Shown piece after piece: positions 10,306 through 18,227 of a stretch of 46,042 bases of DNA (within the stretch, counting starts at the first letter, position 1; every line of letters starts with the position of its first letter). The position numbers were made by a program, and so were the translations under genes. The DNA comes from an uncultured Candidatus Saccharibacteria bacterium (GTDB lineage: Bacteria > Patescibacteriota > Saccharimonadia > Saccharimonadales > CAIOMD01): NCBI GenBank assembly GCA_903859365.1, contig CAIOMD010000003.1, positions 1-46,042 on the forward strand. Direction: 5' to 3'. The notes beneath the pieces were generated by a model, which did not search any database, was not told the origin of the DNA, and saw nothing but the letters and a program-made list of their open reading frames with translations.

Positions 10306-11352
10306 ATGAAGTTTCAAGAACAGAATCAATCAGGGGCTGCAAGTCTATTGTTTACTCTTATTATGATAATTATTATAAGTCTTTTGGCTATCGGCTTTTC
10401 AGTAGTAACAACCAATGATCAAAAAGAAACATTAAATAAGAACTTAGCTTCTAATACGGAATTTGCTGCTCAAAGTGCAATAAATAGTGTCGTTGAGGCG
10501 ATTACGAATAAAAATCCTTTAGTTTCCGGTTCTCAGACATCTTGCCAAAATAATTCTAATAACAAAGTTGTTCCTACATTTCCAGGAACTAATAATTCAA
10601 TTTCTTGCGTAAAGTGGACGTATAATCCTGTTAGTTTATCGTATAGCGCTACAAATGTAGCAAGCACAGTTATTAATCCACTAGATTCAGGGGCAAGCCC
10701 TACAACGATGAAAGAATTAGATATAACGTGGTCCTCCACATCAGGTGGATTATATGATACCAACACTTCAACAGCTGATTTAAGCGGGGCTACTGCCTCA
10801 AAATTTCCTATACTAAGAGTAGTTACCGCGAATAAAGATATGACTAATTATAAAACAACCTACGTCTATCCTATAAACGGTGGAGCAAGTGGTCTTGTAG
10901 ATATTTCCACGCCAAGCTCCACTAATTCTTATATTGTGAAAACAAATTGTCAGAGCGCTACTTCTTGTGGTGTACGGCTAACAGGTTTCAATAACAATAG
11001 TGGGTGGGTCGGCGATTCATCTTCTTGTTCAGTTGCAGGTGATTGTGGGCTAGTGAGTGTCAGCACACTAGATGGCTCTTCTGTCACGATTATTATAAGT
11101 GGCAAGTCCTCTAACGGCTCTATTACTTTGGCGGACTCACAGATTCAAATAGATGCCACAGCCGTAAATGGAGATTCAGTTAAAAGATTAGTTGCTGGGT
11201 ATGCTACAAATCAATCCTCAGGGTCAGGGTGGTCTCCATCATTTACTGCAGCATCATCAACGACTCCACTAGCAAAAAACTATGAATATGATTTCCCTGG
11301 GAGTAATACAGCATCGAATGCAGGCCCTGCTGCTACAACCACGTATTATTAA
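10306..11352 (+). CDS. PilX-like minor pilin (no Glu5)
   Basis: QSG|AASLL N-terminus lacking E5, 'AAQSAI' PilX-like segment, large Ser/Thr/Cys-rich head domain. Confidence 0.75.
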   Translation: MKFQEQNQSGAASLLFTLIMIIIISLLAIGFSVVTTNDQKETLNKNLASNTEFAAQSAINSVVEAITNKNPLVSGSQTSCQNNSNNKVVPTFPGTNNSISCVKWTYNPVSLSYSATNVASTVINPLDSGASPTTMKELDITWSSTSGGLYDTNTSTADLSGATASKFPILRVVTANKDMTNYKTTYVYPINGGASGLVDISTPSSTNSYIVKTNCQSATSCGVRLTGFNNNSGWVGDSSSCSVAGDCGLVSVSTLDGSSVTIIISGKSSNGSITLADSQIQIDATAVNGDSVKRLVAGYATNQSSGSGWSPSFTAASSTTPLAKNYEYDFPGSNTASNAGPAATTTYY

Positions 11353-11353
11353 G

Positions 11354-12262
11354 TTATTTTCGATGAAAATCTTTATGTATAGATTTTAAGTGTGGATCTG
11401 TTATATGCGTGTATATCTGCGTGGTAGATATATCGCTATGACCAAGCATAGCCTGAACGCTTCTGATGTCAGCTCCATTCATGAGTAAATCTGTAGCGAA
11501 ACTGTGACGCATAGTGTGAGGACTTACTTTTTTTGTTATACCAGCAAGTAGCGCGTAGCGAGCAATTATTCTTTGAATACTGCGTGCCGTTAATCTTCTG
11601 AAGTTACCGGTAGTATTGGTATTTTTGTGCCCACTATAGCTGATGAACAGGGCAGGAAGGTTATCTGTCCGTAGGTTGAGATATCTTTTTATCCATTCGG
11701 CCGCTTCATCGCTAACAAAGATGGGGCGATCTTTTTGGCCTTTACCACGTACCATAAATTCTTTTCGTTCAAGATTGATATGGTTCCTGTCTAAATTTAC
11801 GAGTTCAGATATACGAAGTCCTCCGCTAAAAAGTAGCTCAAGTATTGCTCTGTCTCTAAGCCCCGTCTCACTATCTGTTTTTGGCTGGTTCATGAGTGCC
11901 TCAAGCTCATCAGAATTTAAAAAACTGACTTGTGATCTTTTAACCCTCGCAAGTTCAATTTGATCTGTCGCAAGTGCTTCGATGTTTCTTTTATGACAAA
12001 ACTTTAGGAAGCTTCTTAGGGCAATAAGATGATAATTTTGGGTTGCTTTACTGAGTTCATTTGATCGATCGGATCCAAGTTCGTGAAGCCATAGCCGCCA
12101 TTTGCGTACTAGCTCAGGTGTTATGTCCGAAATTTTAATATCACCTGAAAAATCGATAAGTCTGCTTAGGTAATGTCGGTAATTTTCTATGGTACGTTTA
12201 GATCGATTTTGCTCAATTGCAAGATATTCTAGATATTGCTGGATTACTTCTTCGGCATGCAT
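11354..12262 (-). CDS. Tyrosine recombinase XerC/XerD family
   Basis: RDRAILELLFSGGLRISEL, GKGQKDR, HTMRHSFAT and LGHSDISTTQIY catalytic residues. Confidence 0.95.
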   Translation of the reverse strand: MHAEEVIQQYLEYLAIEQNRSKRTIENYRHYLSRLIDFSGDIKISDITPELVRKWRLWLHELGSDRSNELSKATQNYHLIALRSFLKFCHKRNIEALATDQIELARVKRSQVSFLNSDELEALMNQPKTDSETGLRDRAILELLFSGGLRISELVNLDRNHINLERKEFMVRGKGQKDRPIFVSDEAAEWIKRYLNLRTDNLPALFISYSGHKNTNTTGNFRRLTARSIQRIIARYALLAGITKKVSPHTMRHSFATDLLMNGADIRSVQAMLGHSDISTTQIYTHITDPHLKSIHKDFHRK

Positions 12263-12369
12263 ATATTCATTTTACGTCATTTTCGAATTTATACCTTGAA
12301 TGTCTTATAACTAAACGCGCAAAATGCTACAATCAAATCAATAAGTAATTAATATATAAAGGAATTTTG

Positions 12370-12882
12370 ATGGAAAAAACACTTATCGTACTGAAGCCAG
12401 ATGCAATTAAGAGGGGTTTAATCGGAGAAGTGTTGTCAAGGTTTGAAAAGGTAGGCCTAAAAGTTGTGGGAATGAAGATGCTTCGACCTACTAAAGATCA
12501 TTATCATTACCACTATGAGACTATCGGTAAGGTCATTTCGCGACGCGGTAAAGATGTTTTTGACGTAACGCTAGATTTTATGATGGAAGGACCTGTTGTA
12601 GCAGTCGTACTCGAGGGCATAGAGGCCGCAGAACTTGTTAGAAAGATGGTAGGTGCAACTGAACCTAAGTCGGCGCTTCCGGGCACGATACGTGGCGATT
12701 ACACGCATATCAGTTACGCCTATGCTAATAATGTATCAAACTCGAGTATTGCTAATATTATCCATGCTTCTGGGGATGCAGAAGAGGCGAAACTTGAAGT
12801 AGCTCATTGGTTTAAGGAAGATGAGTTATTTGATTACGCGACTAATGCTGAAGCGCATACTTTGCCAAAAAAGAAAAAATAA
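12370..12882 (+). CDS. ndk: Nucleoside diphosphate kinase
   Basis: EKTLIVLKPDA, PGTIRGD and NIIHAS (catalytic His); AAGGA RBS. Confidence 0.95.
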   Translation: MEKTLIVLKPDAIKRGLIGEVLSRFEKVGLKVVGMKMLRPTKDHYHYHYETIGKVISRRGKDVFDVTLDFMMEGPVVAVVLEGIEAAELVRKMVGATEPKSALPGTIRGDYTHISYAYANNVSNSSIANIIHASGDAEEAKLEVAHWFKEDELFDYATNAEAHTLPKKKK

Positions 12883-12890
12883 TATACTAA

Positions 12891-12966
12891 TGGTGGCCCG
12901 GGAGGGAATCGAACCCCCAACACCCACCTTAGGACGGTGGTGTTCTATCCGTTGAACTACCGGACC
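12891..12966 (-). tRNA. tRNA-Arg(CCT)
   Basis: Reverse complement folds to a cloverleaf GGTCCGG...CCACC-GTCCTAA-GGTGG...TTCGATT...CCGGGCC-ACCA. Confidence 0.93.
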
Positions 12967-13028
12967 ATATATAGAAGTTAGTATACCACTTCAAAGGTTC
13001 ACGAATATGAATTTGACGAGTACAATAG

Positions 13029-13577
13029 ATGGGTAGTATGAAGCACAAGAGTGATAAAAAGAAGAAATATTTCTCAGACCAATTTGACGATGAAACAATG
13101 CTGCTGATGTTTCGAAAACACCCTGTAGTTATGAGAAAAGAAATTCTAATAGCTTCTGTGGTACTCCTTTTAGGTGTGATACCTGCACTCGTTGTCCCTA
13201 CCTATGCAGTATTTTTCGGCGGCTTGGGCTCTGGTTTCTTAGTTTCTTTTTTGATAATGTTTTACGCCTGGATTGGCTGGCATTTTACGGTATATATTGT
13301 TACCGACCAGCGGCTTATGCAAATTAATCAAAAAGGGTTATGGAAGCGCAGTGTGGTCGATATTGGTCTCGATAAGATACAAACAGTTTCTTATGAAATT
13401 AAAGGATTGCAAGAAACACTATTTGGATTTGGTACAATAGTTATACAGACCTACGTCGGTGAACTTGTCATTCATGACGTTCATCATCCAAGACAAATCC
13501 AGAAAAAAGTGTCACATATATTGCGCGAGCTAGACGTTAACTTCACTAGTCCATTAATTAACAAAGAAGAAGTATGA
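13029..13577 (+). CDS. Bacterial PH-domain membrane protein
   Basis: Two TM helices then YIVTDQR, 'LDKIQTVS' and FGFGTIVIQT (bPH_2-like). Confidence 0.8.
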   Translation: MGSMKHKSDKKKKYFSDQFDDETMLLMFRKHPVVMRKEILIASVVLLLGVIPALVVPTYAVFFGGLGSGFLVSFLIMFYAWIGWHFTVYIVTDQRLMQINQKGLWKRSVVDIGLDKIQTVSYEIKGLQETLFGFGTIVIQTYVGELVIHDVHHPRQIQKKVSHILRELDVNFTSPLINKEEV

Positions 13578-14662
13578 ATAAAAAAGAATTAAACCCACCA
13601 CAGCCAGGAGAGAAAAAAACCAGAACTTTTTTATTACATAAAAATAAGAGAAAAACAGCGAGCCTTGAAGGTGATAGCCCGATACCGCGTATTACCGATG
13701 AAAATATTGGAGATCATCGAGAACAGATTCTTAAAACTGCTCGTAAGTTTATTTTTCCACTTCGTCATTCAAGGCATAAAATTGTTACTACGACCATTAT
13801 CTTACTTGTACTAGCTTTTATCAGCTTCAGCACCGTAGTGTTGCTCGATCTATATAGATATCAGGATACAAGTAACTTTGCGTATCAAATAACCAAGGTT
13901 GTTCCATTCCCAGTAGCACGTGTGGGTAATAATTTAGTTTATTATGAAAACTACTTATTTGATCTTCGCCATTACATCCATTATTTCCAGACCCAACAAC
14001 AGGTTGATTTTAATTCAGCTCAAGGTAAGGCACAGCTTAATAATCAGAAAAAACAGTCACTAAATTCTGCCGTTAATTATGCTTACATAAAAATGATAGC
14101 GAAGCAAAAAAATATTAGCGTAGCTAGTAAAGATGTCGACGCTCAGATACAAATGCTGAAATACCAAAGTAAGCTAGGGAGTGATAATAAAACATTTGAA
14201 AATGTACTCAAGCAATATTGGGGATGGACAGTTTCTGATTTTAGACGGAGTATTGAACAGGAAATTATCACAAATAATGTAATTGCAGCACTTGATACTG
14301 GAGCTCAAAAAAAAGCTAACGCAGCTCTGACAGCGTTAAGTGGAGGGCAGGACTTTAGCGCAGTTGCTAAGCAGTACTCTGATGATAATTTAACGAAAGA
14401 TAATGGAGGTGTTCTAGCAATTTCCATAAGCAAAAATGATAAAACAGTGCCAACCCAAACTATCGACGCATTATTCAAGCTTAAGTCTGGCCAAACATCA
14501 GGAATTATTAATTTAGGCTATGGTCTTGAGATAGTTAAAAATCTCGGAGAGCAGAATGGAAAAGTGAAGGCTGCGCATATATTTATTAATTTCCAGCCAA
14601 TAGATAAGCTCTTGGCACCGTACAGGGATAAGGAACCGCCAATTACTTACATAAAGGTGTAA
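13574..14662 (+). CDS. PrsA/SurA-type peptidyl-prolyl isomerase
   Basis: TM anchor, SurA N-domain, parvulin motif DFSAVAKQYSDD...NGG.L. Confidence 0.85.
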   Translation: MNKKELNPPQPGEKKTRTFLLHKNKRKTASLEGDSPIPRITDENIGDHREQILKTARKFIFPLRHSRHKIVTTTIILLVLAFISFSTVVLLDLYRYQDTSNFAYQITKVVPFPVARVGNNLVYYENYLFDLRHYIHYFQTQQQVDFNSAQGKAQLNNQKKQSLNSAVNYAYIKMIAKQKNISVASKDVDAQIQMLKYQSKLGSDNKTFENVLKQYWGWTVSDFRRSIEQEIITNNVIAALDTGAQKKANAALTALSGGQDFSAVAKQYSDDNLTKDNGGVLAISISKNDKTVPTQTIDALFKLKSGQTSGIINLGYGLEIVKNLGEQNGKVKAAHIFINFQPIDKLLAPYRDKEPPITYIKV

Positions 14663-14733
14663 ATAGTTTGCAGCTTAGGCGCATTGCAAAACAATCCTAT
14701 CTCTGTTACGATATTCAATGCTTATATTTGCAT

Positions 14734-14810
14734 GGGCTCGTGGTGTAGAGGCCTAACATGCCTCCCTGTCACGGAGGAGATCGCCGGTTCGAATCCGGTC
14801 GGGCCCGCCA
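14734..14810 (+). tRNA. tRNA-Asp(GTC)
   Basis: GGGCTCG...CCTCC-CTGTCAC-GGAGG...TTCGAAT...CGGGCCC-GCCA. Confidence 0.96.
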
Positions 14811-14827
14811 GCTTTATATGCTTTTAG

Positions 14828-14853
14828 ATGGCTCACACGGTGAGCCATTTTTT
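14828..14853 (+). terminator. Terminator after tRNA-Asp
   Basis: ATGGCTCAC-ACG-GTGAGCCAT followed by a T run. Confidence 0.8.
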
Positions 14854-14900
14854 AATTTGTATCATTTTCAATCTGTTATTATAGAGTTACGCATTTTTTT

Positions 14901-14976
14901 GCCGATATAGCTCAGTTGGTAGAGCGGCGCTTTCGTAAAGCGTAGGTCAGCGGTTCGACCCCGCTTATCGGCTCCA
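14901..14976 (+). tRNA. tRNA-Thr(CGT)
   Basis: GCCGATA...GCGCT-TTCGTAA-AGCGT...TATCGGC-TCCA. Confidence 0.96.
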
Positions 14977-14977
14977 G

Positions 14978-15052
14978 GCGGGTATCGTATAGTGGCCAAT
15001 ATGTAGCCTTCCCAAGGCTGAGCGCTGGGTTCGATTCCCAGTACCCGCACCA
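14978..15052 (+). tRNA. tRNA-Gly(CCC)
   Basis: GCGGGTA...TAGCC-TTCCCAA-GGCTG...TACCCGC-ACCA. Confidence 0.96.
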
Positions 15053-15147
15053 AACATAAGCTTAAAAGTGAGTATTATTTAGTTTTTTTTGATAAGATAA
15101 TACATGAATGAGTTTTGTTATATATAGAGTTACATTCTAGGGAAAAG

Positions 15148-15498
15148 ATGTTTAATAAAAAATATTTTCAAGATAGGCCAGTTTTATTTCTTAACTTAGT
15201 TGTTGTTTTAGGTGGAGTTATTAATATGATAGCCACGGCGCTGCTGATTGATACTTCTAGAACTGCGGCGACAGTTCGCTATGAATCAACGCTAGGGCTC
15301 GGTGGCTTTCCTAAAGGTACGCCACTAGATCTCTATAGTTTTGCTGCAGTAGCACTTCTTGTTACTTTCGTTTCAATTTTTATGAGCGCTAGATTATACA
15401 CCCAAAAAAGATTGCTGAGTATCCTAGTTTTGACCCTCGCTATCGTTGCTTTGCTATTTAATCTAATAGTGGCACAAGCGATTTTAAATCTTCAATAG
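15148..15498 (+). CDS. Hypothetical membrane protein (3 TM)
   Basis: ATG at 15148 after AGGGA; three hydrophobic segments; 7 nt before the GT2 gene. Confidence 0.75.
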   Translation: MFNKKYFQDRPVLFLNLVVVLGGVINMIATALLIDTSRTAATVRYESTLGLGGFPKGTPLDLYSFAAVALLVTFVSIFMSARLYTQKRLLSILVLTLAIVALLFNLIVAQAILNLQ

Positions 15499-15505
15499 TT
15501 CAATT

Positions 15506-17113
15506 ATGAGATTAATCGAAATTCCATTAGCCAGAGATCGCGATAAGGTTTATAGGTGGTTTGAACGTCTTCCCGGAATATTGAGTTGGTCTGTGCTAGC
15601 CTTGCCCATTGTGCTTAGTTTAGTTAATACAAGTATTGCGGCATATTTCGTTCTCTCTTATTTGCTACTATGGGTATTTAAAGCAATTTCACTTAACATC
15701 CGAATGATCCAGGGCTACAGGAGAATTAATGAAAATATGGCGTACGAATGGAATAAGTTACTCAACGAATTAGACAACCCGAAAAAAACCTATCTTCAGT
15801 ATGAGCAGGGAGTTTCACCTGCATGGCACTTAAAGAATCTTGCAAGTATAGAAGTGAGGGAAGAGCGACTCTATCAAAAGGATATTTATAACGCTGTAAT
15901 AGTAGCAGTCTACAATGAAAGTAGGGCTATTCTTGAACCTACTATTAAAAGTATCCTGCAGTCCTCGTATAATCATAAGAAATTAATTGTTCTCTTTGCC
16001 TATGAAAAAAGGGGTGGTGAAGAAGTTAAGAAAAATATTCTTGATCTGGTTGAAGAATACAAGCATGAATTCTATCACTTTGGAGCAATAGAGCATCCAG
16101 AGGATATCCCTAATGAAACTATTGGTAAGGGTGGGAATATTACCTTTGCAGGAAGAAGATTAAAGGAATTTTTGGATGATAAAAATATTAATTATGAGCA
16201 TGTAATCGTTACGACCCTTGATGCGGATAATCGACCTCACCCTGAATATTTTTCAGCAGTTACGTATGCCTATATTGCGTGCCCTGATTACATACACGCA
16301 TCTTTTCAGCCGATATCAATGTTTACTAATAATATTTGGGATGTGCCAGCGCCAATGCGCGTCATTGCTACGGGTAATTCATTTTGGAATATCGCTCTTG
16401 CACTTCGCCCCCATATGCTCAGGAATTTTGCCTCACACTCACAAGGTATGCAAACACTTATTGATACAGATTTTTGGAGTACAAGAACGATTGTTGAAGA
16501 TGGGCATCAATACTGGAGAACCTATTTTACCTATGACGGAAAACACGAGGTACACCCCATTCTTATTCCAATTTATCAAGATGCCGTTCTATCATCGACT
16601 TACACAAAAACACTTAAGGCACAATTTATCCAAGTACGAAGATGGGCCTGGGGTGCGAGTGACATAGCTTATGTACTTCAGATGGGCTGGAGAAGGAAAA
16701 ATAGGATTAACAAGGTGGACTTGTTTATGAAAACTGCGCGACTTATTGAGGGGCATGTGGCTTGGGCAACTGCCTCACTTATTTTATTACTCGGGGCCTT
16801 CGTACCACTTTATCTATCACCTCATTCAAGCACAAGCCTTGTCGCGCATCAACTACCAATTATAGCTAGCCGAATTCAAACCGTGGCAATGGTTGGTATG
16901 TTCATTGGTATTTATTTAAGTATTCGATTATTGCCACCAAAACCACCCCGATATAAAACACGGCACCAAGTATATATGATTCTTCAGTGGATCTACCTTC
17001 CTTTGACTACTATTGTATACAGTGGATTCGCTACACTATATTCCCAAACACGATTATTGTTCGGTCGTTATCTAGATAAGTTCGACGTTACTGAAAAAGT
17101 TGTAAAAAAATAA
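15506..17113 (+). CDS. Membrane GT2 glycosyltransferase (processive-type motifs)
   Basis: VYNE, DAD, TIVED and QVRRW (D,D,D,QxxRW) motifs with flanking TM helices. Confidence 0.88.
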   Translation: MRLIEIPLARDRDKVYRWFERLPGILSWSVLALPIVLSLVNTSIAAYFVLSYLLLWVFKAISLNIRMIQGYRRINENMAYEWNKLLNELDNPKKTYLQYEQGVSPAWHLKNLASIEVREERLYQKDIYNAVIVAVYNESRAILEPTIKSILQSSYNHKKLIVLFAYEKRGGEEVKKNILDLVEEYKHEFYHFGAIEHPEDIPNETIGKGGNITFAGRRLKEFLDDKNINYEHVIVTTLDADNRPHPEYFSAVTYAYIACPDYIHASFQPISMFTNNIWDVPAPMRVIATGNSFWNIALALRPHMLRNFASHSQGMQTLIDTDFWSTRTIVEDGHQYWRTYFTYDGKHEVHPILIPIYQDAVLSSTYTKTLKAQFIQVRRWAWGASDIAYVLQMGWRRKNRINKVDLFMKTARLIEGHVAWATASLILLLGAFVPLYLSPHSSTSLVAHQLPIIASRIQTVAMVGMFIGIYLSIRLLPPKPPRYKTRHQVYMILQWIYLPLTTIVYSGFATLYSQTRLLFGRYLDKFDVTEKVVKK

Positions 17114-17118
17114 TACAA

Positions 17119-17565
17119 TTAAAATTTTAGTGCTCGCCGTACATCGTTGGGTAATTTTAGATTTGTTCGATACGAGTTATATTTAATTGCACTTGCTGCA
17201 TCAAAGTTTTTCAAAACACGTATCGCAGTGATTGAAATATTTTCCGAGCTGAGTAGTGGAAGCATGGGCTTAGCTTTTAGACAATGTCGTAAAATAGTTT
17301 CACATAGATAGTGCGCTGTTCGAATTTGATCGGGTAGGTGATCAATTGATTGAAAAATGCTAATAAAAAGCTTATCTCTAAGGAAGGGCTCCTGCTCCCC
17401 GTTTTTCTTTTTAACAAGAAGGCACTCATCTAATTTAACTGCTTCCTCGCTGGTTACTATTGCGTGGCAATTAAGGCATTGTCTCCGACGCCAAGTTGAG
17501 TGTTCTTTTTCTCGAGGTCGGGTATTAGTGACTTTTGTTTTTCCGTTACAATAAATACATTTCAT
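17119..17565 (-). CDS. nrdR: Transcriptional repressor NrdR
   Basis: MKCIYC...TKVTNTR...RRRQCLNC Zn ribbon plus ATP-cone start VKKKNGEQEPF. Confidence 0.9.
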   Translation of the reverse strand: MKCIYCNGKTKVTNTRPREKEHSTWRRRQCLNCHAIVTSEEAVKLDECLLVKKKNGEQEPFLRDKLFISIFQSIDHLPDQIRTAHYLCETILRHCLKAKPMLPLLSSENISITAIRVLKNFDAASAIKYNSYRTNLKLPNDVRRALKF

Positions 17566-17607
17566 GTCTATATATTGTCATATAGCTATATAAAATCAAA
17601 GTGGAAA

Positions 17608-17637
17608 AAAGGACGTTTCCTGTGGGAAACGTCCTTA
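17608..17637 (-). terminator. Terminator downstream of the small ORF unit
   Basis: AAGGACGTTTCC-TGTG-GGAAACGTCCTT; A run on the + strand gives a U tail on the - strand. Confidence 0.8.
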
Positions 17638-17657
17638 TAATCTAGTGCTAACTTATC

Positions 17658-17774
17658 TTAGTTTGAGCTGATCGATGCCCGACGCATGCGTCGGATACGA
17701 TTCTCAAAAATCTTTGATGAGTGCAGCTCTTCGTAGAATAGCTTGAAGCTTTCTAACGGTGAAGTGTTACTCAA
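17658..17774 (-). CDS. Candidate 38-aa small protein (TTG start)
   Basis: Near-consensus promoter, GAGG RBS, ORF MSNTSPLESFKLFYEELHSSKIFENRIRRMRRASISSN*, terminator. Confidence 0.55.
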   Translation of the reverse strand: MSNTSPLESFKLFYEELHSSKIFENRIRRMRRASISSN

Positions 17775-17799
17775 ACAAAACGCCTCGTTTAACCTGTCT

Positions 17800-17828
17800 A
17801 CTATAGCAAAATGGGGTCATTTTGTCAA
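17800..17828 (-). promoter_or_regulatory. Sigma70 promoter with a palindromic operator-like site
   Basis: TTGACA-17nt-TATAGT with TG extension; CAAAATG-GGGT-CATTTTG at 17807-17824. Confidence 0.75.
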
Positions 17829-17878
17829 TACTTAGCCTTACCTGTAACAGATTGAGCTTATGGTATATGTGCGAATTT

Positions 17879-17955
17879 TGGTGGGCCCTAGAGGACTCGA
17901 ACCTCTGACCTCTTCCACGTCAAGGAAGCGCTCTAGCCAACTGAGCTAAGGGCCC
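17879..17955 (-). tRNA. tRNA-Val(GAC)
   Basis: Reverse complement GGGCCCT...CTTCC-TTGACGT-GGAAG...AGGGCCC-ACCA. Confidence 0.96.
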
Positions 17956-18056
17956 GATAGAAGATACTATACCAGTTACCGTTAAATATTCAACTATCCA
18001 CAGGTGTGGATAAGATTATACTAGTAATATATGGCTAGCTTGTATATACTAGCTTG

Positions 18057-18152
18057 TAGGTGGTATTTTATCAGGTGTTTTGCCCCCAGTGATTTGTCTT
18101 AGAAGGTTAATACTTCTGCGAGAGAAGATAAATCAGCTGGGGCTTATTTTTT
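18057..18152 (+). ncRNA. Candidate structured RNA or attenuator upstream of thrS
   Basis: CCCCAG/CTGGGG and TGATTTGTCTT/AAGATAAATCA stems enclose an AGAAG-GTTAATA-CTTCT hairpin, followed by a T run. Confidence 0.45.
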
Positions 18153-18227
18153 TGAAACTTATTTAATGACGCAATCTGTAAATTCTAGTACAATACTTAC
18201 AGATATGAAGAGGTATAAATAACTGTT

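Noticed and set aside
11354-12966. Integrative element (recombinase near a tRNA)
   Set aside because: The protein is Xer-sized, is separated from the tRNA by ndk, and I saw no duplicated tRNA 3' end
14868-15053. 61-aa minus-strand ORF
   Set aside because: Antisense shadow of tRNA-Thr and tRNA-Gly
17994-18013. oriC
   Set aside because: Only two DnaA boxes, no dnaA/dnaN nearby, and gene strand bias does not switch here
18057-18152. T-box or TPP riboswitch before thrS
   Set aside because: Only a partial GGTGGTA and a GTTAATAC...GCG resemblance; no stem I/specifier loop and no CUGAGA motif
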